Assembly: GCA_963693365.1 (NCBI GenBank)
Contig: CAVNZM010000009.1
Location: 2,234,231 to 2,298,230, forward strand
Direction: 5' to 3'
From: Amoebidium appalachense
Taxonomy: Eukaryota; Protista; Ichthyosporea
Length of the DNA stretch: 64,000 bases
The notes beneath the pieces were generated by a model, which saw only the letters and a program-made list of their open reading frames with translations, did no database searches and was not told the DNA's origin. Within the stretch, counting starts at the first letter, position 1. The number at the start of each line of letters is the position of its first letter. Of this stretch, positions 1 to 25,306 are shown piece by piece. The translations under genes were made by a program, and so were the position numbers.

Positions 1-99
1 CACCTTGCATGTGTGTGTGTTGGACTGACGTGGAGGAAAGGACGAAGGGATGACGGGTGTTGGCAAAAAGCGGCATGCATATATAGGGATAATTGGATT

Positions 100-557
100 A
101 GGCAACTTCTCCGTGGTCTGTTGCTGTGTGTGGCGTTAGATTTTAAACCTTCTTGGTTGGAGGTAATGCGTAGAGTGTATTTAATATTTGGAATGTCGTG
201 CCACCCTAGTTAGCATACTCTACGTTCATCCAATGATTCTCGCCTCAAGCCCCCTACCTAGAATCTTCCCTTCTTCGGAGTATCCTTCTCAAAACCCCCC
301 TCTTCCTCCCCCCCCCCACCCCCCACCCCCACCCCCTCTCCCCCATCCCCCTGGTGAATGGGTCACCCTCAAGGGCCCTTCACCCCCCCCATATGCGCAC
401 GCGCACACCCACCACAAATACTCCAGCACACGAGCAAAGCCTTTCCTTATGAGTCGACGTCCGTTAGCCTTGAAATATTTGTATCCAGGAAAATGGGGTG
501 GGGGTGGGATTGGCAGCAGCGGCGGTGGTGGTGATGGTACGTGGTACGAGGGCCCGG

Positions 558-602
<45 letters not shown>

Positions 603-1274
603 ATGTGAATTTAATCGAACTCCACACCCAAATTTCTATGGCTTATGATCTCATGCACCATAAGTGCTTGGATATGACGCCAAACCACTAATAAAGTGTG
701 CGGCTCAAAGCAGCCACATAGAAAACGTGTAAATGCCAGCGTCTAGGAAATAAAATTGAATGATTTCTGTCGGAGAATTTTCGGTGAATAAAGAATGGTG
801 TGATGAGGCCAACATAAAGCCTTATAGAGGAAATGTAGAGCACGGGAAAGTGCGGGGGAGGGGGGGGGGGGGGGGAGGGGGGAGGGGGAGAAGGGGGGGA
901 CGGAGGAGGTGTGGTGGTGGTGGTGGTGGTGGTGGGGGGGGGGGGGGGGGGGGAATAAGGGGCGGGGAGGAGGGATAGGAGTGTGTGCCACTGTGCGTGT
1001 GTGGTGGGGGTGGGGGGTGGGGGGGGGGGGGGGGGGGGGAGGGATTAATATTGGGGTGGAAGGATGGGGGAGGAGAGGGAGGAGGGGGAGGGGGGAGGGG
1101 GAGGGGGGGGGGGGGGGGGGGGGGCAACTGTGGCAGATCATTTTGCTGTGTGTCAATGTGTCTGTGTGTGGCAGGGATATTTAGAGCAAGTATTCCCTGC
1201 ATAATCATAACGTCCAGGACATTCGGCTAGAGTGCCCATTTTGTAGGAATATGGGGGGGTGGTGGTGGGTGGGT

Positions 1275-1305
<31 letters not shown>

Positions 1306-2460
1306 GGGGGGGGGGGGGAGGGGGGGGGGGGGGAGACTGGGTGGCCCTGGAGCTAGTATCATAGCATCATCTGACATCATGATTTGCCATACTAGCTGAT
1401 GATAGATTGGGGCGGGTGAGCATGCGTACGCCGAGGGGGGATGGGGGAGAAAAGTGGGGGGGGGGGGGAGGGGGGGGGGGGGGAGGGAGGAGGGGGGAGG
1501 GGGGGAGGGAAGCAAGGGAGGTGGGGTTCGGGGAGGGAGGGGGGGGGGGGTGGAGGGGGGAGGGGAGGGGTACGGAGTGGTTACCAGAGAATCTATAATT
1601 ATTCTTGAATTCATGCTAACCATGACGACCAATCATTTTTTAACCTTGTGTTTACAAACGTTAAGTGAAGCCGTTGAATGGCCCGGGCAGCTTTCAAGTA
1701 GACATCATAGCGGATCCACGATCCAGTCAGAAAGCCAATTAGTTGCAAATGCGGGAAGGGGGAGGAGGGGGGGGGAGAGGGGGGGGGGGGGGGGGGGGGG
1801 GGGTAAGGATGATTAGGAACAGTTTGGTGTCTAAGGGGAAGACGGGGAGGGAGGGGAGGGGAGAGCAGGGGTGACTTTGATCAAACAAAGTACTACGGGC
1901 ATTACAGCACGTACACGGAGATCTGTGATAATGGCAAATCACGTAATACTGTTGAATCGGATATCATTGCAAATTTGAGACTTAGAGATGTATGTACAAG
2001 GTTCAGCTTGCCCACGTGCTAAACTTATAGGTGATTGATTTGGGGTATCGCTGACCAGAGCAGGCTGAAATCTGAGAGAGCAAATAGAGATTGTACGAGG
2101 GGATTCTGGAGGTGGGGTTGATATCATATCCCCCGCCTCCCCCCTCCCCCCTCCCCTCCCTCCCCCTCCCCCTCCCCCTCCCCCCCCCCCCCCCCCCCCC
2201 CCCTCCCCCAGCCACCACTCTGGGGGAGGGGGGGAGGGGGGGGTAAGGGGAGGTAAGGGGGGGGGGGGGGGGGGGGGGGGGATATTCGTATTGAAGGCAT
2301 CCAAAGTCATAGGCATCAAATGAAGGCAAAGTTCAACGTGTATTCTGAATCCTGGCTGTTGGACAACTTTTAATTTGAAATATCCGCCATTTATATTTAG
2401 ATCAGTATAAGGTGACATGCGGCTGCAGCCTTTTCACTATACATACTGTAGGAAATAAAT
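100..2460 (-). mobile_element. Heavily decayed non-LTR retrotransposon (LINE) ORF2 remnant, fragmented by G/C homopolymer runs
   Basis: Minus-strand fragments occur in the order expected for LINE RT. KLKVVQQPGFRIHVEL..LMPMTLDAFN (~2290-2380) resembles K.PG.DG...E.....L.P.L...FN; NQSPISLA (~2030) resembles NYRPISL; MSDDAMILA (~1370) resembles ADD..L.A; LHFLYKALCWP is at ~820; KHLWC..AIEIW (~650) is zf-RVT-like. Many stops and frameshifts. Confidence 0.45.
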
Positions 2461-2742
2461 GGGCCTTCTAAGGTCGGACCACCAGAAGTACTCACTCATG
2501 GCTTTTTATAATTTTACAGAAAGGGGAGGGATGGGGAGGGGATTGAGGAGGGGTTGGGGGGGGGGGGGGGGGGGAGGGCAGAGGTGTATTTGGCTGGGAA
2601 GCCCCCCCCCCCCCCTCCCCCTCCACCCTCCCCCTTTCGCCATCCCCTCCTCCCCCCTCCCCCCCCCTCCCCCCTCCCCCCCTCTCCCCCCCCCCCTCCC
2701 CCCCCCTCCCCCCCCCCTCCCCCCCCCCCTCCCCCCCCCCCC

Positions 2743-2788
<46 letters not shown>

Positions 2789-3242
2789 CCCCCGGCACGC
2801 CCGGCGCGCAAAGCCCCCAAACGTTGTGTAAAAAAGGGGGGGGGGGGGGGGGGGGGGGAGGGGGCAGGGGAGACCTCCCACCCACCCACCTCTCTGGCTG
2901 GCATGAGTCCCTGTGAGATCCGTGATTGTTCGGAATACTCAAATATCGCAATATGAGACTATGGGGCACCAACATGCAGCCCTTTGACTTAGCATAGCCA
3001 ATCCCACCCCGTAAACATTGAGGTTAAGTCACACTCTAAGTTCACTGCTGTACCTGAAAGTCTTCTAAGGCTCGAGCCTCCAAACTAACAGTATGCCTTT
3101 GGGCATCCCCCCCCCCCTCCCCCCCCCCCCCCTCCCTTCCCCCTCTCCTTTTCCCCTGGGGTCTCCCCTCCATGCTCACTCGTTACATCAGTGCCCATCC
3201 CCCCGAGCCCCTCCCCACCCTCTCCCCTCTCCCTCCCCTCTT

Positions 3243-3282
<40 letters not shown>

Positions 3283-3691
3283 CCCCCTTTCTATTTCTCC
3301 CCAGTTCTCCCACACAACCTGTTTCCCACCGAAAGAAACATACGAGCACCTCTTGTATGTCGGCCACCTCAAAGAACTACCATGGTGCCATCAATACATC
3401 ACGTTGGCATCGACAAGGACAGTGCCACACAATCACACAATCACACACACACACTCACACACATGCGCACACACATAAAAAAGCATACACGCACACCCTC
3501 GCATACACGAGCGCGGGCGCGCGGGTGCACGCGTGCGCATTACACATACGCACACACACACATGCACATGCACAGACACAAACACACGAACACAAAAACA
3601 CGCGTACACACACACATATACGCACACAAACACACACACACACACACACACGGACACACACACAAACATTTCAAGTTATTTTTATTGTTCA

Positions 3692-3903
3692 TTTTATCCC
3701 GTTTTGTTCCCGGAGGGACCCCCAGGGCCCTTCAAGGGAACTACGGTCTTCCACCCAGCGCAGACTGTACTCCAGCTAGGGTGCTCTGGTGCCATCAGCT
3801 AAGCCAACACACCATTACCAATATTAACTACTCCTACACACTTAGCCCAGGGTTTTGCCCCAGCTTAACTAATCCTACACACTTAGCCCAGCATCGCCGG
3901 TGG
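3692..3903 (-). repeat. Dispersed repeat family, copy 1 (probable retroposon 3' end with A-rich tail)
   Basis: Shares CCGTTTTGTTCCCGGA..TGTACTC.AG..GGTGC..GCTAAGC..TTACCAAT..TAGCCCAGGGTT..TCGCC.GTGG with 51006-51198 and, inverted, with 55516-55686. Confidence 0.75.
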
Positions 3904-4329
3904 TTAGCACCAGGCTTCCCCTCCACTCAAAACCTACGAATAAAACTTTAAACACGGGCTCTCATTGGTTCATCTACGATGGTGGAATGTACGGTGTGTT
4001 GTTGGTGGTGTTTACGGTGGGTATGGGTGTATGGTAGGGTCTGGTGGTGGGGGTATCATGCTCCCTAACAGGATGTGGTTATGAACGTGATGTGCGGCTA
4101 CGTCGGTAGTTATCCAACAGCCGGGGTTTGCACGACTGTGTGTCCCTGTGGGTGTGCCTGCAGCCGGGGCATGTTGGCCGTGTGTGCATCGGGATGTGTG
4201 TGTGTGTTTTGGGCCTCGATGGGGCTCTGCCTCTCTGAATACGTGTGGTGTTGGAGTGGTGTTGTTTTTCATTTTGGGGTGGGTGGGACGGTCTTGTACG
4301 TTTCGTGGTGTCCCGGAACGCACAGACAA

Positions 4330-4363
<34 letters not shown>

Positions 4364-4543
4364 CACAGTGTCCCACACACATGCGCGCGCACACACTCCC
4401 GAGCACACTTTTGCATGCACCTACACACAGTGTCACATGTAGTACCACAGGCACACACAACAATGTGTGTGCACTCACATACACCTGCACACACGGACAT
4501 GCAGATACACTTGCACTGTCGCTGGTGGGTGTCACGGGGGGGT

Positions 4544-4574
<31 letters not shown>

Positions 4575-4663
4575 AGGGGGAAGAGACCATAGGAGGGAGG
4601 AGGGGGGAGGGGAGGAAGAGAAGGAGTTGATTTGATGCTCCTCCCCCCCCTCCCCCCCCCCCC

Positions 4664-4703
<40 letters not shown>

Positions 4704-4728
4704 CACCCACACCCACACACACACACAA

Positions 4729-4785
<57 letters not shown>

Positions 4786-4788
4786 GAA

Positions 4789-4835
<47 letters not shown>

Positions 4836-5039
4836 AGAAGAAGAAGAAGAAGAAAAACGAAAAGAAAAACTTGGTCCTCACAGGCTGCCAGTCCACCTGC
4901 TCACAAAATACAGCTTCCAACTTCGCAGGCCTACCTATTGTAGCTACAAGTAGTAGGGCCGCATGCGCCACGCGAGTAATGATCATTTTATTCTCAGTCT
5001 TTCGGTAGGTTGTGAAGTTCGAGCTTTTTGAGATAGATA

Positions 5040-5400
5040 TCGATGGGTTTACATACACGGTCTTGTGCTGTATTGTACCGAATTCAAACCATGGTTGTGT
5101 CATGATGATAGCCGCGCACAATGTACATGTGACCCGTTTCCAGTGCAGCCCACGGCCGTGGTAACGACGCGTATGGCAAAATGTACCAGCCTGCTCGTCC
5201 GACGGCTCTATGGTGCAAGTGGATATTACGTAACCGCGCACATGGATGGAGGCACATGGCGCCAATCACCAATGCATGCCTGTGGGGTTTTTTGGTGTTC
5301 ACGTGTAGACAACTCGAGAGCTGTGTGGAATTCGTGCACGCACATGGGCAGCACTGTGACACTTGGAGCATGCTGCTCTACGGCTCTCAGACACCGACAG
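5040..5400 (+). pseudogene. Possible degenerate ankyrin-like repeat coding remnant
   Basis: Fragments in different frames, YRWVYIHG, MMIAAHNVHVTRFQ, WMEAHGA and LESCVEFVHAHGQHCDTW, recall the AA.NGHL..L.W..(A/E)HG..WD ankyrin variant; interrupted by stops and frameshifts. Confidence 0.25.
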
Positions 5401-5886
5401 CAGATCCACATGCCGCCTACGTATGTCTGGCTCGAGCACGGATTAGGGACACTATAGCGGCTGACGTAAATAGTGCTACGGCGCACAGCTGCAAAGGGAT
5501 ATTCCATAAAGGAAAAAAAATCAACTCAAGACATCATTTTAGTGTACTAATTAAACAGAGAAGAGAGTTCTATTACCACTCTAGTCATGAGAAACGAACA
5601 TGCACTTGCAATACAGTAACAAGCCCTGGGTGGGCCTGGTCCAGCCGTGGCTCGGCCTGATCTATGGGGATGAACGAAGACCAGGCTGGTGGTGTTCTTA
5701 GAACCAATCATTTTCTTTAAACAGTAGAAAATGATTTCATTGGATGTAATCTCATTCAAACGCATTCCTGAAGTGTTGATTGAAGCCAAATATGGCACCA
5801 ATATCCACATATGGTTGGCGATGGAGGGGGATGTTTTTCACCGACCAATCAAGTGCACGTGGCTTTGACTGGCGCGCCTATTCTAA

Positions 5887-8164
<2,278 letters not shown>

Positions 8165-8278
8165 CTAAGGCTCAGGGCTGGAAATGATTGGTTTCTGCAA
8201 AACCTTTGTAATTGAACGGTAGCAGTTCAGTGCAACAGCACACAGAGAAGATTGCTTTTATTTCTATTTTGATGGATG

Positions 8279-8279
<1 letters not shown>

Positions 8280-8327
<48 letters not shown>
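8280..8327. repeat. (TA)n microsatellite
   Basis: Pure TA run, the only long one in the window. Confidence 0.95.
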
Positions 8328-8329
<2 letters not shown>

Positions 8330-8351
8330 CTATGTTATCGCTAGTAGAACA

Positions 8352-10560
8352 CAGGGCCTGAGTATTTTCCAGTTCGGGAAGCCAATCGGATCTATCCGAT
8401 CTATCCGAGGGTCTTCATGCGTGCGCCAATGACAGAGTTAGATGGCTAGAAGAACGTCTGGAACAACGCGTGCTTCACAGGCGAAGGCTGTGGGCAATCA
8501 CGGGTTGCCCCAGACTAAGCCTGTAGCCAAAAAAGGCAAAAAGTAGCAAGAAAAAAGGGCAACCCGTTTTATTTGTATTAGTGGAAAAGGAGAAGCAAAT
8601 CAATCATCAGTTGCCATATCATAAGCAACATAAACAGCTCACAAACGGTAACCGTTTCAAGTTGATTATAATTATTAAAAGGATCATGCGAGGCTCGCAA
8701 TGCATTCCCGGCACACGCACGGTGGTGATGCTGGCGTCACCACAAAAATAAATCCGGTTTCCGGCCATCACAGGTATGGTCGCAGTGGTTTTTGAATTAA
8801 CTTTTCAGGAGCTCGAAACCTGCCATACATAAGAAAACTGTGTAACAACAGCATTTTCTCCCTATAACAGTCACTGAGACCGTTGAAGGGCGACACGACC
8901 GCCAACGAACTTACTATGGTCGAGTTTAGGGGGACAAGATTTCGTTACCTAAATTGTGATTGGTGCATCCCAGAAAAGCAAATTGATTTATTCTGGGGCC
9001 AGCCATCACCAGCGTCATTTTTCGTTCTCAGTTTTCGTTTTTCAGTAGCCGTTCAGTGAGACACGTTCGGCTCCTCGTTTCAGTTCAATAGTCGTGCAGC
9101 ATTTAGCCACAACAACTAAGTTGCTGTTTTTGTTCTGATAGAGACCAAAGGAAATAAAAAACGACCCTTTTTGGAGCCACTGTAACAAGCAAATCTCGGG
9201 TTCTCCTTCCTGCAAACAACAAACTTTTAAGTACGCGCACGTTAGGCACATGAGGTTACTCCAATGCTCCACTGCTTATGACCCACACCAAGCTTGCGGT
9301 TCTCGAAATCTCATAATGTGTCAATAGTAACTAGTGGCTGTAAGTAACGAATATCATCTTTGACGAACTCAATGCTGTAGGCTTCAATCATGGGGCGAAC
9401 CTTATTTATTTGTACCTATCCCGGCTGCAATGCCAAGCCAGCCAAAAGACACACGTGCAGAAACACGTTTGGATGCGTCATGTTCGAAAAAACAATCCAG
9501 ACCTCCACAGTATGGAATATAATCCAGCCTTAAAAGACCTTGTTGAGAAATGGTTGGCCATCACTCAGTCCGACACAGCAAGCCAAGGAACAAGCATGAG
9601 GGGAACACCCACTAGCACCCCTCCCATGTCTCCCATGATGTCCGATGCCCCTTGTTCTCCATCACCAGAACCCCATCGTTTCCCACTAAACACGGCACCT
9701 ATTAAGCGTAGTAACCTTGGGTTTTTTTACGATGAAGCTTCACACATGGGGTATCAAGCCGCAGCAACAGATGTCGCAAGGCAAAGGCGCGCCATGGACG
9801 ATGGGCTGCTGCACATGGCGGTGTTCAGGCGAGAACCGAACCAGGAGAGTGTTAAAGCAAACACTTCTGCCGGTGAGATTTGGAGGCCGTGGTGAATTGC
9901 ACTGAAACAGAAAAACGTTTGTGTGCGAGAGATCTGTGGAATCATTATCACTGATGGCGCCAATGGTTCTGCTTTTGCTCGAAAATGATGTCCAAGGTTG
10001 CTGTATGTGCCCAGCTTGCATGCATTGTTGCTTCCCGGATGACAACTGATAGATGATAAACCTACGGTGATTGTTTGTAAACTATGAAGTACTAAGTAAG
10101 GTGACACCCTCTCTATGTACGTAACTATGTCTGACTGGTAATGCTTTCTCGTGCACGTGATGATAAACATTTACATCACCAAGACTTTTCATCATGTCCA
10201 ACCTAACTCCGACATCGAAGGACCAAAGCCTGAAAACATCATGAAAACTTATTGAGAAACCTTAAAAGGAGGTGTAGATCCAAAGTACATATGCGTGTAT
10301 TTAGTCGAGGTCTGTTGATTGAAAAATGCATCCCAATAAGTAATAAAAGTAGACCCCCAATTCCTGCGCTGTGCGCGGGTGAACCCAAACATTATGTTTC
10401 TGACATCCGAGTGAGCTTCACGCTTATTATGGCAAGCTTTGAAACTAAATGAAACGAGATCATAACATATCCCCAAATATCTGCCCAAATATCTGGGCTG
10501 TGAGTGGCCCAGTGAAAAAACCAAACAAGTGTTTCTGGCATCTGAGATATTAAGTCATCC
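8352..10560 (+). mobile_element. Degenerate hAT-like DNA transposon (BED-finger and transposase fragments)
   Basis: Begins CAGGGCC (hAT-like 5' end). DPFWSH (~9160), then ICTYPGC...(frameshift)...WMRHVRKNNP (~9410-9500), is BED zinc-finger-like. ICGIIITDGANGSAFAR...VPSLHALLL (~9930-10030) resembles hAT I..IVTDNA.NM...C.AH.L.L. Stops and frameshifts present; right end not located. Confidence 0.5.
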
Positions 10561-10929
10561 AGTATCGACATGCACCGCTTACCTCCAAAACACAACTGTG
10601 AACACCTTCGACGGTACGAAACCTATACAGAAATTTAAAACTTTGCCACAGTGGTTAGATAGCAGGGACACACAATCGCATATCGGTACATACCATCAAG
10701 GCTATTTCTGTATGTAGCTCAAAAAAAGGGGGGGGGGAGGGGGAGGGGGGGGAGGGGGGGGTTTATTAAACAATAAAAAAGTAAGACTATAGCTCGAAAG
10801 ACCTCCACAAACACCCGCAGCACGACGATATATCATTGATACTGAATTCCGAGTATTGTGGGTTTTGCAAAGTGGGCGGAGAATCTGATGCTTCAATGGC
10901 GTATAATCACTTAACAGAAATATATATAC

Positions 10930-11130
10930 TGCAAGAGCAGAATTATGCAAAAAAGGAGCATTATTTGGCTCTTAGCATAACTATTCTGCAAAATGTAGCA
11001 GAATTATTCCGGTAGAGAATAGATTTATTCTGCTCACGACAGCGTAATAAACCTTCTTCAGCATAACTTCCGAGGGCCTGCCACAAGTAGCAGAATAATT
11101 CTGCTCTTTGCAGAGTAATTCTACTCGGAG
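10930..11130. repeat. Cluster of AGCAGAAT(T/A) motifs in both orientations (MITE-like relic)
   Basis: AGCAGAATTAT, AGCAGAATTATTCC, TTATTCTGCTC and the palindrome AGCAGAATAATTCTGCT; a CAGGCCCTCGG end on the minus strand near 11080. Confidence 0.4.
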
Positions 11131-11550
11131 CAAGTTGATTTAGTCGGTGTCCACGTGGTTGGGGTCTATAGCAGACCTTGAAGCTCACTTTTGTCTCGCG
11201 TCCACTCCCACCCACCCATACATATAGAAGTGCACACAAACACGCATGCTTGCACCCTCCGTCATTGCCCTGGCCGATACACTTCAATTTTACACCAATG
11301 CTCTTCATGAGACACACGTATATAGATAGGTGAGCTTCCATGTACACGTACAAACATACATCTAGCCGATCCTTGTACACAATATTAAATGTGGCGCACT
11401 GCGGGGGTCAAGTGATTGTGTGCCTCCCCCTTCCCCTCTACCTCCGTTTCTTTCCTTCAATAGTATCTGTATTTCCCCCGCATCCCCCCCCCCCCCCCCC
11501 CTCCCCCTCCCCACCCCCTGCCTCCGTTTCTTTCCTTCAATAAATAGTAT

Positions 11551-11581
<31 letters not shown>

Positions 11582-11679
11582 TTCCCTTTTTTTTTTTTTT
11601 TTTTTTTTTCCCGTCAGGAGTACTCATAGTATGGGGAGGGAGCTCTGCCCGGGGTGGGGGTGGGGTGGGGGTGGGGTGT

Positions 11680-11717
<38 letters not shown>

Positions 11718-12684
11718 GGGGGGGGGGGGGGGGTCGGACATTAAAGTTTATTTTTTTTTTTTTTTAATAATGACTTTATTGATGTGCTCATAGAAAGTTT
11801 ATTCTGGGAACACACACAGTGTGTTGGGTATGGTCACGTGCAGCCCTGGCAGTACCCACCAATCAACGATAGGGATTGGTATGGTGGTGTTCCTTTCACA
11901 GAACGATGATGAATCTGATTCCCAGTCTGATATGTGATTGAAAACAAGATGACAGATCGAGCGAGGTACACAAAAAACCGAGTCGAATTTCCAAAGTGTG
12001 GGTGTTGACAGGTGATTGTTGCGGTGTGCATAGTGTGTTGATCGAAAAGCAGAACGAGAAAAAATCGAAAGAGGAATGAAAAAGTCATCATAAGTAAGAA
12101 TTCGGTGGTTGTGTGTGGAGCGGAAGTGCTGATTGGCTTTTGGAAAGATATCGTGCTGACTGAATAGGGTATTTCTTACGAACACAGAAACCAGAAAAAA
12201 AAACCGAAATACATGCAAAGAGATGTCGAAGTCCTCTTGTGAACCCAAAAAAAAAAAAAAAAAAAAACGATGAAAAGTGCAACCAAGAATAGGCAGTTCG
12301 ATTTGATTGGTTTTTCAAAGATGACACCGAAAACAAACGCAAAAAGGTTTTGACGTCACAAGGGTGAGTGGTGGAAAAAGGGAACGGCACGAACATGTTG
12401 ATCAGATGGAAACACCAGTACGTTAGAAAGAGTGATTTTCTCGGCCCACCCACAATAGGTAAAACTCGAAAGTCTGTTTCGCAAAGTATAATGTGATGAT
12501 TGGATCGGTTTGATAATTGGATCTAGACCTTAGCAGGCTTGAAAAAGACCAGTGTGATATACTTTTTCTGTTTGAATGAAGTTTGGGAGTTTCTGAGCGG
12601 CTAGATATGATGACGCATCATTCTGATTGGAGTTGATTGATAGGATATCTGAAAGTGCACACACACAGCACGAAGCAGGCACGG

Positions 12685-12882
12685 TTAGTCGTGGGCCCCG
12701 GGCCTGCAGTCAGGGCGGTGGGTGGGCCAGTGGTCCTTCTGGCACCTTCTGCCGCAGTAGGCCACCCGCTGGCAGCCCCCACAGCGCTGCAGCCGGCCGG
12801 CATCTTTGGCCCCCCGCAGGCACTGTGCGCACCGCCGCCCGGCAGGCAGAAGTTCGGGGTGCAGCTCGTAGTAGGCACACAT
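12685..12882 (-). CDS. MYND-type zinc finger protein, terminal exon (upstream exons probably in 13140-13975, unresolved)
   Basis: After acceptor CACACGCAG: MCAYYELHPELLPAGRR-CAQC-LRGAKDAGRLQR-CGGC-QRVAYC-GRRCQKDHWPTHRPDC-RPGAHD*, an intact MYND consensus. Candidate minus-strand donors at ~13140 (GTGAGT), ~13500 (GTAAGT) and ~13907 (GTAGGT). Confidence 0.85.
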   Translation of the reverse strand: MCAYYELHPELLPAGRRCAQCLRGAKDAGRLQRCGGCQRVAYCGRRCQKDHWPTHRPDCRPGAHD

Positions 12883-12998
12883 CTGCGTGTGAATGTTTGA
12901 GTGTGTGTGAGTGTGATTGTGAATGTGAGTGTGTGAGTGTGAGTGGGAGTTTGTGTGTGTGTGCACGCGCGGACGCGTGTGTGCAAGTGTGTGAGTGC

Positions 12999-13030
<32 letters not shown>

Positions 13031-13250
13031 GGGGGGATATGGTATCATTGGAAGATAAGAAGGCATATGGGCAGGAAGTGCAGGCAGAGGAATGGTAATG
13101 CAAAGAAGTAAATAGATCAGTTGATCTTCATCTGACTCACCTCTGAACAACCTCCCCCCACACACACACACACCACACACCCCCTTCCCCCCTTTTGGCA
13201 CCCGATGACGAACAAAACAACACACATGTGGCACACACACACACACGCAC

Positions 13251-13319
<69 letters not shown>

Positions 13320-13845
13320 TATACACATGTGTACACAAACAACCCAGCCCCAGGCCTAGGGTTCCCCATCCAACCGCATTCCCTAACCTCCAATCCAGCC
13401 CCTTAGCATAATATCCATTATGCAATCTTTTTATCTCTACTTAACCCCACACATAACCAAACTAAGCACTCCACGCTGAGATACATTTACGGTAACTTAC
13501 CTGTGCCCTTATTATCCCTCCTTGCCCCTTCCCTACACGTTCAAGCCACTGACTTTTACGTACACACACGCACACACGCGCACACACACACACACAAAAC
13601 CAACAGAAACAATAACACAACGATCAGCCACACACACAAGACACACACAATGTCCCCCCTATCTTGCACATTCACATCACACATTACCGCAGGACACACT
13701 GTGTACACAAACAGGCACACATACATGCACACACACAACACGTGCACACACACACACAGACAGGCACATCCACCCATGCAATCTCACGTGCAAACCCTTT
13801 CAAGCAGTCCCCAACAACGCAGTCTGTGTCTCCACAACCACACTT

Positions 13846-13888
<43 letters not shown>

Positions 13889-14160
13889 AACAACCACAGA
13901 AACCTACCTTCTCTTTGCGCCTGGAAGTCCACTGACTGTTTGGAGACAGCGTCACAGCCATCAGGACACTGGCCTGCATGAGGGATAGATTTCAAGGTTA
14001 GTTCCAATGATTCTATATTATTGTCAACGTGCATAAACGGTGAGGTAAAAGCGGACGGTGGTTATGGAGAAACGTAAGTGAGAGATGAAATGAAAGCGGG
14101 AGGCTTGAAACTCTAAAGATCCAGTTGGGTGTACTTCCCAGTTTCTCCACTCTTCCTCCC

Positions 14161-14196
<36 letters not shown>

Positions 14197-14215
14197 ATGG
14201 GTGGGTGCTGCACGT

Positions 14216-14256
<41 letters not shown>

Positions 14257-14737
14257 GGGGGGGGGGGAGGGAGAGATAAGAGCTGCAGGCAGGGGACGAA
14301 TCCAAGGGGGAGGAAGGCATATTTGTTGCGTGGGGGGGGGGGGGGGGGGGGGGGGGAGGAGGTTTTAACATGTTTTGTGCAGCGCCAACGAAAGCCGACT
14401 TGCAGTCTTTCTAACCCCCCGTCTGTGGAACGAATTTTTTTTTTTTTTTTTTTGGGCGCAAGGGGGGGGGGGGGGGGGGGGGGGGTAGATTGAGAGGTTG
14501 GGTTGGTGAATTGAGAGAAGGCTATATCCGATCTCAGATATTAGCCCATATATGGCGCTCAGCTTGATGATTTTTTGGCCCAGTCTGAGAGGTTACGTGG
14601 TATTATTCGTTTGAAGGAGGCCCAGAGTATTCGGGAACCAAACCTTCATATCACATAATCACAATGGGGCTTGGCCTCGAAATTCTCGTATTTTCTTGTA
14701 ACAGCCGGCTGGGTGGATTTTGTGGGTGAGGGGGAAA

Positions 14738-14776
<39 letters not shown>

Positions 14777-15025
14777 TCGCGCCGGCTAGCTCAATGACCT
14801 TCATGAATACGTAACTATTTATTCAGGGAGATATGTACTCAACTCCAAAACTTATGTATGTTTCCTTCAGTGTTTATTTACATCTTAGACTAGCACGAAA
14901 CTGCTACCACATTCCTTGACATTGAACATACAACCTATATACACAAATACTTCAAAACCAATCTTCGGCCAATGCATTTCGTATTTGGCGGGTTATTTAC
15001 ACACTGTACCCCCCCCCCCCCCCCC

Positions 15026-15061
<36 letters not shown>

Positions 15062-15266
15062 CACGGCCATGGTCACTACCCTGAATCAATTACACATCGG
15101 GTAGCATAGAGCGGACAGCTCGCCAGCAATAAAAATGAGAGAGGTGCAAAAAACGGAAATAAAAAAGAAAAACAGCCGTCTCCACTCTACAATGTGTAAC
15201 CCCCCCCTATTGACATTCAAAAAAACCAAAAATCCGAAAATGCCTTTAACAAGAAATCATAAACGG

Positions 15267-15318
<52 letters not shown>

Positions 15319-15536
15319 CTAGTGAAAATAAAACCGAACCACATTCATGCGGAAGAACAGTGAGTTCTTGTGTGTGCACTACGTACAGCACCACGCAGAT
15401 TTTGCACAAAACTCACACAAAGAGCATGCATCATATGCCGTGCGGAGCCCATCTTCACAGGGGCCCAAGTCAACCCCACATTCTCCAAGTTTCCACCCAG
15501 GCACCTCGCATGGGAATTTCACCTCAGAAGGGGGTG

Positions 15537-25306
<9,770 letters not shown>

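Noticed and set aside
11800-12620. AT-rich region with recurring AAAA(A/T)CGA motifs and ORFs 11799-12248 and 12088-12453
   Set aside because: Likely a transposon-end relic; no domain motifs or clear boundaries.
14776-14800. tRNA-like start GCCGGCTAGCTCAATG
   Set aside because: Only an A-box-like fragment; no B box or cloverleaf follows.
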